Below are positions 24,901-39,900 of a DNA stretch of 64,000 bases, piece by piece. Every line of letters starts with the position of its first letter. Positions within the stretch are counted from its first letter, which is position 1. The stretch lies in contig JAUCBJ010005092.1 in assembly GCA_032718475.1 (NCBI GenBank), forward strand, positions 31,315 through 95,314. The letters run 5' to 3'. Source of the DNA: Nemertoderma westbladi. Its lineage: Eukaryota; Animalia; Xenacoelomorpha. Position numbers and translations under genes: made by a program. The notes under the pieces were generated by a model. It saw only the letters and a list, made by a program, of their open reading frames with translations, was not told the DNA's origin and ran no database searches.

Positions 24901-27900
24901 ATGGTAGCAGAAGTCTTCTACATGAGCTGAGCAACCAGAGGCCATACACTAATGGTAGCAGAAGTCTTCTACATGAGCTGAGCAACCAGAGGCCATACAC
25001 TAATGGTAGCAGAAGTCTTCTACATGAGCTGAGCAACCAGAGGCCATACACTAATGGTAGCAGAAGTCTTCTACATGAGCTGAGCAACCCGAGGCCATAC
25101 ACTAATGGTAACAGAAGTCTTCTATATGAGCTGAGCAACCCGAGGCCATACACTAATGGTAGCAGAAGTCTTCTACATGAGCTGAGCAACCAGAGACCAT
25201 ACACTAATGGTAACAGAAGTCTTCTACATGAGCTGAGCAACCAGAGGCCATACACTAATGGTAGCAGAAGTCTTCTACATGAGCTGAGCAACCCGAGGCC
25301 ATACACTAATGGTAGCAGAAGTCTTCTATATGAGCTGAGCAACCCGAGGCCATACACTAATGGTAGCAGAAGTCTTCTACATGAGCTGAGCAACCAGAGA
25401 CCATACACTAATGGTAACAGAAGTCTTCTACATGAGCTGAGCAACCAGAGGCCATACACTAATGGTAGCAGAAGTCTTCTACATGAGCTGAGCAACCAGA
25501 GACCATACACTAATGGTAGCAGAAGTCTTCTACATGAGCTGAGCAACCAGAGGCCATACACTAATGGTAGCAGAAGTCTTCTATATGAGCTGAGCAACCC
25601 GAGGCCATACACTAATGGTAGCAGAAGTCTTCTATATGAGCTGAGCAACCCGAGGCCATACACTAATGGTAGCAGAAGTCTTCTATATGAGCTGAGCAAC
25701 CCGAGGCCATACACTAATGGTAGCAGAAGTCTTCTACATGAGCTGTGCAACCCGAGGCCATACACTAATGGTAGCAGAAGTCTTCTACATGAGCTGAGCA
25801 ACCAGAGGCCATACACTAATGGTAGCAGAAGTCTTCTACATGAGCTGAGCAACCAGTGGCCATACACTAATGGTAGCAGAAGTCTTCTACATGAGCTGAG
25901 CAACCCGAGGCCATACACTAATGGTAACAGAAGTCTTCTACATGAGCTGAGCAACCCGAGGCCATACACTAATGGTATCAGAAGTCTTCTACATTAGCTG
26001 AGCAACCCGAGGCCATACACTAATGGTAGCAGAAGTCTTCTACATGAGCTGAGCAACCCGAGGCCATACACTAATGGTATCAGAAGTCTTCTACATTAGC
26101 TGAGCAACCCGAGGCCATACACTAATGGTAGCAGAAGTCTTCTACATGAGCTGAGCAACCCGAGGCCATACACTAATGGTATCAGAAGTCTTCTACATTA
26201 GCTGAGCAACCCGAGGCCATACACTAATGGTAGCAGAAGTCTTCTACATGAGCTGAGCAACCAGAGGCCATACACTAATGGTAACAGAAGTCTTCTACAT
26301 GAGCTGAGCAACCAGTGGCCATACACTAATGGTAGCAGAAGTCTTCTACATGAGCTGAGCAACCAGTGGCCATACACTAATGGTAGCAGAAGTCTTCTAC
26401 ATGAGCTGAGCAACCCGAGGCCATACACTAATGGTATCAGAAGTCTTCTACATTAGCTGAGCAACCCGAGGCCATACACTAATGGTAGCAGAAGTCTTCT
26501 ACATGAGCTGAGCAACCAGAGGCCATACACTAATGGTAACAGAAGTCTTCTACATGAGCTGAGCAACCAGTGGCCATACACTAATGGTAGCAGAAGTCTT
26601 CTACATGAGCTGAGCAACCAGTGGCCATACACTAATGGTAGCAGAAGTCTTCTACATGAGCTGAGCAACCCGAGGCCATACACTAATGGTAACAGAAGTC
26701 TTCTACATGAGCTGAGCAACCAGTGGCCATACACTAATGGTAGCAGAAGTCTTCTACATGAGCTGAGCAACCAGTGGCCATACACTAATGGTATCAGAAG
26801 TCTTCTACATGAGCTGAGCAACCAGAGGCCATACACTAATGGTAGCAGAAGTCTTCTATATGAGCTGAGCAACCCGAGGCCATACACTAATGGTAACAGA
26901 AGTCTTCTACATGAGCTGAGCAACCCGAGGCCATACACTAATGGTAACAGAAGTCTTCTACATGAGCTGAGCAACCCGAGGCCATACACTAATGGTAACA
27001 GAAGTCTTCTACATGAGCTGAGCAACCAGTGGCCATACACTAATGGTAGCAGAAGTCTTCTACATGAGCTGAGCAACCAGTGGCCATACACTAATGGTAT
27101 CAGAAGTCTTCTACATGAGCTGAGCAACCAGAGGCCATACTCTAATGGTAGCAGAAGTCTTCTACATGAGCTGAGCAACCCGAGGCCATACACTAATGGT
27201 AGCAGAAGTCTTCTATATGAGCTGAGCAACCCGAGGCCATACACTAATGGTAGCAGAAGTCTTCTACATGAGCTGTGCAACCCGAGGCCATACACTAATG
27301 GTAGCAGAAGTCTTCTACATGAGCTGAGCAACCAGAGGCCATACACTAATGGTAACAGAAGTCTTCTATATGAGCTGAGCAACCAGAGGCCATACACTAA
27401 TGGTAGCAGAAGTCTTCTACATGAGCTGAGCAACCCGAGGCCATACACTAATGGTAGCAGAAGTCTTCTACATGAGCTGAGCAACCAGAGGCCATACACT
27501 AATGGTAACAGAAGTCTTCTACATGAGCTGAGCAACCAGTGGCCATACACTAATGGTAGCAGAAGTCTTCTACATGAGCTGAGCAACCAGTGGCCATACA
27601 CTAATGGTAGCAGAAGTCTTCTACATGAGCTGAGCAACCCGAGGCCATACACTAATGGTAGCAGAAGTCTTCTACATGAGCTGAGCAACCCGAGGCCATA
27701 CACTAATGGTAACAGAAGTCTTCTACATGAGCTGAGCAACCAGAGGTCATACACTAATGGTAGCAGAAGTCTTCTACATGAGCTGAGCAACCAGAGGCCA
27801 TACACTAATGGTAGCAGAAGTCTTCTACATGAGCTGAGCAACCCGAGGCCATACACTAATGGTAACAGAAGTCTTCTACATGAGCTGAGCAACCCGAGGC

Positions 27901-30900
27901 CATACACTAATGGTAACAGAAGTCTTCTACATGAGCTGAGCAACCAGAGGTCATACACTAATGGTAGCAGAAGTCTTCTACATGAGCTGAGCAACCCGAG
28001 GCCATACACTAATGGTAACAGAAGTCTTCTACATGAGCTGAGCAACCAGAGGTCATACACTAATGGTAGCAGAAGTCTTCTACATGAGCTGAGCAACCCG
28101 AGGCCATACACTAATGGTAACAGAAGTCTTCTACATGAGCTGAGCAACCAGTGGCCATACACTAATGGTAGCAGAAGTCTTCTACATGAGCTGAGCAACC
28201 AGTGGCCATACACTAATGGTATCAGAAGTCTTCTACATGAGCTGAGCAACCAGAGGCCATACACTAATGGTAGCAGAAGTCTTCTATATGAGCTGAGCAA
28301 CCCGAGGCCATACACTAATGGTAACAGAAGTCTTCTACATGAGCTGAGCAACCCGAGGCCATACACTAATGGTAACAGAAGTCTTCTACATGAGCTGAGC
28401 AACCCGAGGCCATACACTAATGGTAACAGAAGTCTTCTACATGAGCTGAGCAACCAGTGGCCATACACTAATGGTAGCAGAAGTCTTCTACATGAGCTGA
28501 GCAACCAGTGGCCATACACTAATGGTATCAGAAGTCTTCTACATGAGCTGAGCAACCAGAGGCCATACTCTAATGGTAGCAGAAGTCTTCTACATGAGCT
28601 GAGCAACCCGAGGCCATACACTAATGGTAGCAGAAGTCTTCTATATGAGCTGAGCAACCCGAGGCCATACACTAATGGTAGCAGAAGTCTTCTACATGAG
28701 CTGTGCAACCCGAGGCCATACACTAATGGTAGCAGAAGTCTTCTACATGAGCTGAGCAACCAGAGGCCATACACTAATGGTAACAGAAGTCTTCTATATG
28801 AGCTGAGCAACCAGAGGCCATACACTAATGGTAGCAGAAGTCTTCTACATGAGCTGAGCAACCCGAGGCCATACACTAATGGTAGCAGAAGTCTTCTACA
28901 TGAGCTGAGCAACCCGAGGCCATACACTAATGGTAGCAGAAGTCTTCTACATGAGCTGAGCAACCAGAGGCCATACACTAATGGTAGCAGAAGTCTTCTA
29001 CATGAGCTGAGCAACCAGAGGACATACACTAATGGTAGCAGAAGTCTTCTACATGAGCTGAGCAACCAGAGGCCATACACTAATGGTAACAGAAGTCTTC
29101 TATATGAGCTGAGCAACCAGAGGCCATACACTAATGGTAGCAGAAGTCTTCTACATGAGCTGAGCAACCCGAGGCCATACACTAATGGTAGCAGAAGTCT
29201 TCTACATGAGCTGAGCAACCAGAGGCCATACACTAATGGTAGCAGAAGTCTTCTACATGAGCTGAGCAACCAGAGGACATACACTAATGGTAGCAGAAGT
29301 CTTCTACATGAGCTGAGCAACCAGAGGCCATACACTAATGGTAGCAGAAGTCTTCTACATTAGCTGAGCAACCAGAGGCCATACACTAATGGTAGCAGAA
29401 GTCTTCTACATGAGCTGAGCAACCCGAGGCCATACACTAATGGTAGCAGAAGTCTTCTATATGAGCTGAGCAACCAGAAGCCATACACTAATGGTAGCAG
29501 AAGTCTTCTACATGAGCTGAGCAACCCGAGGCCATACACTAATGGTAACAGAAGTCTTCTATATGAGCTGAGCAACCAGAGGCCATACACTAATGGTAGC
29601 AGAAGTCTTCTATATGAGCTGAGCAACCAGAGGCCATACACTAATGGTAGCAGAAGTCTTCTACATGAGCTGAGCAACCAGAAGCCATACACTAATGGTA
29701 ACAGAAGTCTTCTATATGAGCTGAGCAACCAGAGGCCATACACTAATGGTAGCAGAAGTCTTCTACATGAGCTGAGCCACCCGATGCCATACACTAATGG
29801 TAGCAGAAGTCTTCTACATGAGCTGAGCAACCCGAGGCCATACACTAATGGTAGCAGAAGTCTTCTACATGAGCTGAGTAACCAGAGGCCATACACTAAT
29901 GGTAGCAGAAGTCTTCTACATGAGCTGAGCAACCAGAGGACATACACTAATGGTAGCAGAAGTCTTCTATATGAGCTGAGCAACCCGAGGCCATACACTA
30001 ATGGTAGCAGAAGTCTTCTACATGAGCTGAGCAACCAGAGGCCATACACTAATGGTAGCAGAAGTCTTCTACATGAGCTGAGCAACCCGAGGCCATACAC
30101 TAATGGTAGCAGAAGTCTTCTACATGAGCTGAGCAACCAGAGGCCATACACTAATGGTAGCAGAAGTCTTCTACATGAGCTGAGCAACCCGAGGCCATAC
30201 ACTAATGGTAGCAGAAGTCTTCTACATGAGCTGAGCAACCCGAGGCCATACACTAATGGTAGCAGAAGTCTTCTACATGAGCTGTGCAACCCGAGGCCAT
30301 ACACTAATGGTAGCAGAAGTCTTCTACATGAGCTGAGCAACCAGAGGCCATACACTAATGGTAGCAGAAGTCTTCTACATGAGCTGAGCAACCCGAGGCC
30401 ATACACTAATGGTAGCAGAAGTCTTCTACATGAGCTGAGCAACCCGAGGCCATACACTAATGGTAGCAGAAGTCTTCTACATGAGCTGAGCAACCCGAGG
30501 CCATACACTAATGGTAGCAGAAGTCTTCTACATGAGCTGAGCAACCCGAGGCCATACACTAATGGTAGCAGAAGTCTTCTACATGAGCTGAGCAACCAGA
30601 GGCCATACACTAATGGTAGCAGAAGTCTTCTACATGAGCTGAGCAACCAGAGGCCATACACTAATGGTAGCAGAAGTCCTCTACATGAGCTGAGCAACCA
30701 GAGGCCATACACTAATGGTAGCAGAAGTCTTATACATGAGCTGAGCAACCAGAGGCCATACACTAATGGTAACAGAAGTCTTCTACATCAGCTGAGCAAC
30801 CCGAGGCCATACACTAATGGTAACAGAAGTCTTCTACATCAGCTGAGCAACCCGAGGCCATACACTAATGGTAACAGAAGTCTTCTACATCAGCTGAGCA

Positions 30901-33900
30901 ACCCGAGGCCATACACTAATGGTAACAGAAGTCTTCTATATGAGCTGAGCAACCCGAGGCCATACACTAATGGTAGCAGAAGTCTTCTACATGAGCTGAG
31001 CAACCAGAGGCCATACACTAATGGTAGCAGAAGTCTTATACATGAGCTGAGCAACCCGAGGCCATACACTAATGGTAACAGAAGTCTTCTACATCAGCTG
31101 AGCAACCCGAGGCCATACACTAATGGTAACAGAAGTCTTCTATATGAGCTGAGCAACCCGAGGCCATACACTAATGGTAGCAGAAGTCTTCTACATGAGC
31201 TGAGCAACCAGAGGCCATACACTAATGGTAGCAGAAGTCTTATACATGAGCTGAGCAACCAGAGGCCATACACTAATGGTAGCAGAAGTCTTCTACATGA
31301 GCTGAGCAACCAGAGGCCATACACTAATGGTAACAGAAGTCTTCTATATGAGCTGAGCAACCAGAGGCCATACACTAATGGTAGCAGAAGTCTTCTACAT
31401 GAGCTGAGCAACCAGAGGCCATACACTAATGGTAGCAGAAGTCTTCTACATGAGCTGAGCAACCAGAGGCCATACACTAATGGTAGCAGAAGTCTTCTAC
31501 ATGAGCTGAGCAACCAGAGACCATACACTAATGGTAGCAGAAGTCTTCTACATGAGCTGAGCAACCCGAGGCCATACACTAATGGTAGCAGAAGTCTTCT
31601 ATATGAGCTGAGCAACCAGAGGCCATACACTAATGGTAACAGAAGTCTTCTACATGAGCTGAGCAACCAGTGGCCATACACTAATGGTAGCAGAAGTCTT
31701 CTACATGAGCTGAGCAACCCGAGGCCATACACTAATGGTAGCAGAAGTCTTCTATATGAGCTGAGCAACCAGAGGCCATACACTAATGGTAGCAGAAGTC
31801 TTCTACATGAGCTGAGCAACCAGAGACCATACACTAATGGTAGCAGAAGTCTTCTACATGAGCTGAGCAACCAGAGACCATACACTAATGGTAGCAGAAG
31901 TCTTCTATATGAGCTGAGCAACCAGAGGCCATACACTAATGGTAGCAGAAGTCTTCTACATGAGCTGAGCAACCAGAGGCCATACACTAATGGTAGCAGA
32001 AGTCTTCTACATGAGCTGAGCAACCAGAGACCATACACTAATGGTAGCAGAAGTCTTCTACATGAGCTGAGCAACCAGAGGCCATACACTAATGGTAGCA
32101 GAAGTCTTCTACATGAGCTGAGCAACCAGAGGCCATACACTAATGGTAGCAGAAGTCTTCTACATGAGCTGAGCAACCAGAGGCCATACACTAATGGTAG
32201 CAGTAGTCTTCTACATGAGTTGAGCAACCAGAGGCCATACACTAATGGTAGCAGAAGTCTTCTACATGAGCTGAGCAACCAGAGGCCATACACTAATGGT
32301 AGCAGAAGTCTTCTACATGAGCTGAGCAACCAGAGGCCATACACTAATGGTAGCGGAAGTCTTCTACATGAGCTGTGCAACCAGAGGCCATACACTAATG
32401 GTAGCAGAAATCTTCTACATGAGCTGAGCAACCAGAGGCCATACACTAATGGTAACAGAAGTCTTCTATATGAGCTGAGCAACCAGAGGCCATACACTAA
32501 TGGTAGCAGAAGTCTTCTACATGAGCTGAGCAACCAGAGGCCATACACTAATGGTAGCAGAAGTCTTCTACATTAGCTGAGCAACCAGAGGCCATACACT
32601 AATGGTAACAGAAGTCTTCTATATGAGCTGAGCAACCCGAGGCCATACACTAATGGTAACAGAAGTCTTCTACATGAGCTGAGCAACCCGAGGCCATACA
32701 CTAATGGTAGCAGAAGTCTTCTACATGAGCTGTGCAACCCGAGGCCATACACTAATGGTAGCAGAAGTCTTCTATATGAGCTGAGCAACCCGAGGCCATA
32801 CACTAATGGTAGCAGAAGTCTTCTACATGAGCTGTGCAACCAGAGGCCATACACTAATGGTAGCAGAAGTCTTCTACATGAGCTGAGCAACCAGAGGCCA
32901 TACACTAATGGTAGCAGAAGTCCTCTACATGAGCTGAGCAACCAGAGGCCATACACTAATGGTAGCAGAAGTCTTATACATGAGCTGAGCAACCAGAGGC
33001 CATACACTAATGGTAGCAGAAGTCTTCTACATGAGCTGAGCAACCAGAGGCCATACACTAATGGTAACAGAAGTCTTCTACATGAGCTGAGCAACCCGAG
33101 GCCATACACTAATGGTAACAGAAGTCTTCTACATGAGCTGAGCAACCAGTGGCCATACACTAATGGTAACAGAAGTCTTCTACATGAGCTGAGCAACCCG
33201 AGGCCATACACTAATGGTAGCAGAAGTCTTCTACATGAGTTGAGCAACCCGAGGCCATACACTAATGGTAACAGAAGTCTTCTACATGAGCTGAGCAACC
33301 CGAGGCCATACACTAATGGTAACAGAAGTCTTCTACATGAGCTGAGCAACCAGTGGCCATACACTAATGGTAACAGAAGTCTTCTACATGAGCTGAGCAA
33401 CCCGAGGCCATACACTAATGGTAACAGAAGTCTTCTACATGAGCTGAGCAACCAGTGGCCATACACTAATGGTAACAGAAGTCTTCTATATGAGCTGAGC
33501 AACCCGAGGCCATACACTAATGGTAGCAGAAGTCTTCTACATGAGCTGAGCAACCAGAGGCCATACACTAATGGTAGCAGAAGTCTTCTACATGAGCTGA
33601 GCAACCAGAGGCCATACACTAATGGTAACAGAAGTCTTCTACATGAGCTGAGCAACCCGAGGCCATACACTAATGGTAACAGAAGTCTTCTATATGAGCT
33701 GAGCAACCCGAGGCCATACACTAATGGTAGCAGAAGTCTTCTACATGAGCTGAGCAACCCGAGGCCATACACTAATGGTAGCAGAAGTCTTCTACATGAG
33801 CTGAGCAACCAGAGGCCATACACTAATGGTAGCAGAAGTCTTCTACATGAGCTGAGCAACCAGAGGCCATACACTAATGGTAGCAGAAGTCTTCTACATG

Positions 33901-36900
33901 AGCTGAGCAACCCGAGGCCATACACTAATGGTAACAGAAGTCTTCTACATGAGCTGAGCAACCAGAGGCCATACACTAATGGTAGCAGAAGTCTTCTACA
34001 TGAGCTGAGCAACCAGAGGCCATACACTAATGGTAGCAGAAGTCTTCTACATGAGCTGAGCAACCAGAGGCCATACACTAATGGTAGCAGAAGTCTTCTA
34101 CATGAGCTGAGCAACCAGAGGCCATACACTAATGGTAGCAGAAGTCTTCTACATGAGCTGAGCAACCAGAGGCCATACACTAATGGTAGCAGAAGTCTTC
34201 TACATGAGCTGAGCAACCAGAGGCCATACACTAATGGTAACAGAAGTCTTCTATATGAGCTGAGCAACCCGAGGCCATACACTAATGGTAGCAGAAGTCT
34301 TCTACATGAGCTGAGCAACCAGAGGCCATACACTAATGGTAACAGAAGTCTTCTATATGAGCTGAGCAACCCGAGGCCATACACTAATGGTAGCAGAAGT
34401 CTTCTACATGAGCTGAGCAACCCGAGGCCATACACTAATGGTAACAGAAGTCTTCTATATGAGCTGAGCAACCCGAGGCCATACACTAATGGTAGCAGAA
34501 GTCTTATACATGAGCTGAGCAACCAGAGGCCATACACTAATGGTAGCAGAAGTCTTCTACATGAGCTGAGCAACCAGAGGCCATACACTAATGGTAACAG
34601 AAGTCTTCTACATGAGCTGAGCAACCAGAGGCCATACACTAATGGTAACAGAAGTCTTCTACATGAGCTGAGCAACCAGAGGCCATACACTAATGGTAGC
34701 AGAAGTCTTATACATGAGCTGAGCAACCAGAGGCCATACACTAATGGTAGCAGAAGTCTTCTACATGAGCTGAGCAACCAGAGGCCATACACTAATGGTA
34801 ACAGAAGTCTTCTATATGAGCTGAGCAACCCGAGGCCATACACTAATGGTAGCAGAAGTCTTCTACATGAGCTGAGCAACCCGAGGCCATACACTAATGG
34901 TAGCAGAAGTCTTCTACATGAGTTGAGCAACCAGAGGCCATACACTAATGGTAGCAGAAGTCTTCTACATGAGCTGAGCAACCAGTGGCCATACACTAAT
35001 GGTAGCAGAAGTCTTCTACATGAGCTGAGCAACCCGAGGCCATACACTAATGGTATCAGAAGTCTTCTACATGAGCTGAGCAACCCGAGGCCATACACTA
35101 ATGGTAACAGAAGTCTTCTACATGAGCTGAGCAACCAGTGGCCATACACTAATGGTAGCAGAAGTCTTCTACATGAGCTGAGCAACCCGAGGCCATACAC
35201 TAATGGTAGCAGAAGTCTTCTACATGAGCTGAGCAACCAGAGGCCATACACTAATGGTAGCAGAAGTCTTCTACATGAGTTGAGCAACCAGAGGCCATAC
35301 ACTAATGGTAGCAGAAGTCTTCTACATGAGCTGAGCAACCAGTGGCCATACACTAATGGTAGCAGAAGTCTTCTACATGAGCTGAGCAACCCGAGGCCAT
35401 ACACTAATGGTAGCAGAAGTCTTCTACATGAGCTGAGCAACCAGTGGCCATACACTAATGGTAGCAGAAGTCTTCTACATGAGCTGAGCAACCCGAGGCC
35501 ATACACTAATGGTAGCAGAAGTCTTCTACATGAGCTGAGCAACCAGAGGCCATACACTAATGGTAGCAGAAGTCTTCTACATGAGTTGAGCAACCAGAGG
35601 CCATACACTAATGGTAGCAGAAGTCTTCTACATGAGCTGAGCAACCAGTGGCCATACACTAATGGTAGCAGAAGTCTTCTACATGAGCTGAGCAACCCGA
35701 GGCCATACACTAATGGTAGCAGAAGTCTTCTACATGAGCTGAGCAACCCGAGGCCATACACTAATGGTAGCAGAAGTCTTCTACATGAGCTGAGCAACCA
35801 GAGGCCATACACTAATGGTAGCAGAAGTCTTCTACATGAGCTGAGCAACCCGAGGCCATACACTAATGGTAACAGAAGTCTTCTACATGAGCTGAGCAAC
35901 CAGTGGCCATACACTAATGGTATCAGAAGTCTTCTACATGAGTTGAGCAACCAGAGGCCATACACTAATGGTAGCAGAAGTCTTCTACATGAGCTGAGCA
36001 ACCAGTGGCCATACACTAATGGTAGCAGAAGTCTTCTACATGAGCTGAGCAACCCGAGGCCATACACTAATGGTATCAGAAGTCTTCTACATGAGCTGAG
36101 CAACCCGAGGCCATACACTAATGGTAACAGAAGTCTTCTACATGAGCTGAGCAACCAGTGGCCATACACTAATGGTATCAGAAGTCTTCTACATGAGCTG
36201 AGCAACCAGTGGCCATACACTAATGGTAGCAGAAGTCTTCTACATGAGCTGAGCAACCAGTGGCCATACACTAATGGTAGCAGAAGTCTTCTACATGAGC
36301 TGAGCAACCCGAGGCCATACACTAATGGTAGCAGAAGTCTTCTACATGAGCTGAGCAACCAGAGGCCATACACTAATGGTATCAGAAGTCTTCTACATGA
36401 GCTGAGCAACCAGAGGCTATACACTAATGGTATCAGAAGTCTTCTACATGAGCTGAGCAACCCGAGGCCATACACTAATGGTAACAGAAGTCTTCTACAT
36501 GAGCTGAGCAACCAGTGGCCATACACTAATGGTAGCAGAAGTCTTCTACATGAGCTGAGCAACCAGTGGCCATACACTAATGGTAGCAGAAGTCTTCTAC
36601 ATGAGCTGAGCAACCCGAGGCCATACACTAATGGTAGCAGAAGTCTTCTACATGAGCTGAGCAACCAGAGGCCATACACTAATGGTAGCAGAAGTCTTCT
36701 ACATGAGCTGAGCAACCAGAGGCCATACACTAATGGTAGCAGAAGTCTTCTACATGAGCTGAGCAACCAGAGGCCATACACTAATGGTAACAGAAGTCTT
36801 CTATATGAGCTGAGCAACCCGAGGCCATACACTAATGGTAGCAGAAGTCTTCTACATGAGCTGAGCAACCCGAGGCCATACACTAATGGTAGCAGAAGTC

Positions 36901-39900
36901 TTCTACATGAGCTGAGCAACCCGAGGCCATACACTAATGGTAGCAGAAGTCTTCTACATGAGCTGAGCAACCCGAGGCCATACACTAATGGTAGCAGAAG
37001 TCTTCTACATGAGCTGAGCAACCCGAGGCCATACACTGATGGTAGCAGAAGTCTTCTACATGAGCTGAGCAACCCGAGGCCATACACTAATGGTAGCAGA
37101 AGTCTTCTACATGAGCTGAGCAACCCGAGGCCATACACTAATGGTAGCAGAAGTCTTCTACATGAGCTGAGCAACCCGAGGCCATACACTAATGGTAGCA
37201 GAAGTCTTCTACATGAGCTGAGCAACCCGAGGCCATACACTAATGGTAGCAGAAGTCTTCTACATGAGCTGAGCAACCCGAGGCCATACACTAATGGTAG
37301 CAGAAGTCTTCTACATGAGCTGAGCAACCAGAGGCCATACACTAATGGTAGCAGAAGTCTTCTACATGAGCTGAGCAACCAGAGGCCATACACTAATGGT
37401 AGCAGAAGTCTTCTACATGAGCTGAGCAACCAGAGGCCATACACTAATGGTAGCAGAAGTCTTCTACATGAGCTGAGCAACCCGAGGCCATACACTAATG
37501 GTAACAGAAGTCTTCTACATAAGCTGAGCAACCCGAGGCCATACACTAATGGTATCAGAAGTCTTCTACATGAGCTGAGCAACCAGAGACCATACACTAA
37601 TGGTAGCAGAAGTCTTCTACATGAGCTGAGCAACCAGAGGCCATACACTAATGGTAGCAGAAGTCTTCTACATGAGCTGAGCAACCAGTGGCCATACACT
37701 AATGGTAGCAGAAGTCTTCTACATGAGCTGAGCAACCAGAGGCCATACACTAATGGTAGCAGAAGTCTTCTACATGAGCTGAGCAACCAGAGGCCATACA
37801 CTAATGGTAGCAGAAGTCTTCTACATGAGCTGAGCAACCAGAGGCCATACACTAATGGTAACAGAAGTCTTCTATATGAGCTGAGCAACCCGAGGCCATA
37901 CACTAATGGTAGCAGAAGTCTTCTACATGAGCTGAGCAACCCGAGGCCATACACTAATGGTAACAGAAGTCTTCTACATGAGCTGAGCAACCAGTGGCCA
38001 TACACTAATGGTAGCAGAAGTCTTCTACATGAGCTGAGCAACCAGTGGCCATACACTAATGGTAGCAGAAGTCTTCTATATGAGCTGTGCAACCAGAGGC
38101 CATACACTAATGGTAGCAGAAGTCTTCTACATAAGCTGAGCAACCCGAGGCCATACACTAATGGTAACAGAAGTCTTCTATATGAGCTGAGCAACCCGAG
38201 GCCATACACTAATGGTAGCAGAAGTCTTCTACATGAGCTGAGCAACCCGAGGCCATACACTAATAGTAACAGAAGTCTTCTACATGAGCTGAGCAACCAG
38301 TGGCCATACACTAATGGTAGCAGAAGTCTTCTACATGAGCTGAGCAACCAGTGGACATACACTAATGGTAGCAGAAGTCTTCTACATGAGCTGAGCAACC
38401 AGTGGCCATACACTAATGGTAGCAGAAGTCTTCTACATGAGCTGAGCAACCCGAGGCCATACACTAATGGTAGCAGAAGTCTTCTACATGAGCTGAGCAA
38501 CCAGAGGCCATACACTAATGGTAGCAGAAGTCTTCTACATGAGCTGAGCAACCAGTGGCCATACACTAATGGTAGCAGAAGTCTTCTACATGAGCTGAGC
38601 AACCCGAGGCCATACACTAATGGTAACAGAAGTCTTCTATATGAGCTGAGCAACCAGTGGCCATACACTAATGGTAGCAGAAGTCTTCTACATGAGCTGA
38701 GCAACCAGAGGCTATACACTAATGGTAGCAGAAGTCTTCTACATGAGCTGAGCAACCAGAGGCCATACACTAATGGTAGCAGAAGTCTTCTACATGAGCT
38801 GAGCAACCAGAGGCCATACACTAATGGTAGCAGAAGTCTTCTACATGAGCTGAGCAACCAGAGGCCATACACTAATGGTAGCAGAAGTCTTCTACATGAG
38901 CTGAGCAACCCGAGGCCATACACTAATGGTAGCAGAAGTCTTCTACATGAGCTGAGCAACCAGAGGCTATACACTAATGGTAGCAGTAGTCTTCTACATG
39001 AGCTGAGCAACCAGAGGCCATACACTAATGGTAGTAGAAGTCTTCTACATGAGCTGAGCAACCCGAGGCCATACACTAATGGTAGCAGAAGTCTTCTACA
39101 TGAGCTGAGCAACCAGAGGCTATACACTAATGGTAGCAGTAGTCTTCTACATGAGCTGAGCAACCCGAGGCCATACACTAATGGTAGCAGAAGTCTTCTA
39201 CATGAGCTGAGCAACCCGAGGCCATACACTAATGGTAGCAGAAGTCTTCTACATGAGCTGAGCAACCAGAGGCCATACACTAATGGTAGCAGAAGTCTTC
39301 TACATGAGCTGAGCAACCAGAGGCCATACACTAATGGTAGCAGAAGTTTTCTATATGAGCTGAGCAACCAGTGGCCATACACTAATGGTAGCAGAAGTCT
39401 TCTACATGAGCTGAGCAACCAGAGGCCATACACTAATGGTAGCAGAAGTCTTCTACATGAGCTGAGCAACCCGAGGCCATACACTAATGGTAACAGAAGT
39501 CTTCTATATGAGCTGAGCAACCAGTGGCCATACACTAATGGTAGCAGAAGTCTTCTACATGAGCTGAGCAACCAGAGGCCATACACTAATGGTAGCAGAA
39601 GTCTTCTACATGAGCTGAGCAACCCGAGGCCATACACTAATGGTAGCAGAAGTCTTCTACATGAGCTGAGCAACCAGTGGCCATACACTAATGGTAGCAG
39701 AAGTCTTCTACATGAGCTGAGCAACCCGAGGCCATACACTAATGGTAGCAGAAGTCTTCTACATGAGCTGAGCAACCAGTGGCCATACACTAATGGTAGC
39801 AGTAGTCTTCTACATCAGCTGAGCAACCAGAGGCCATACACTAATGGTAGCAGAAGTCTTCTACATGAGCTGAGCAACCAGAGGCCATACACTAATGGTA

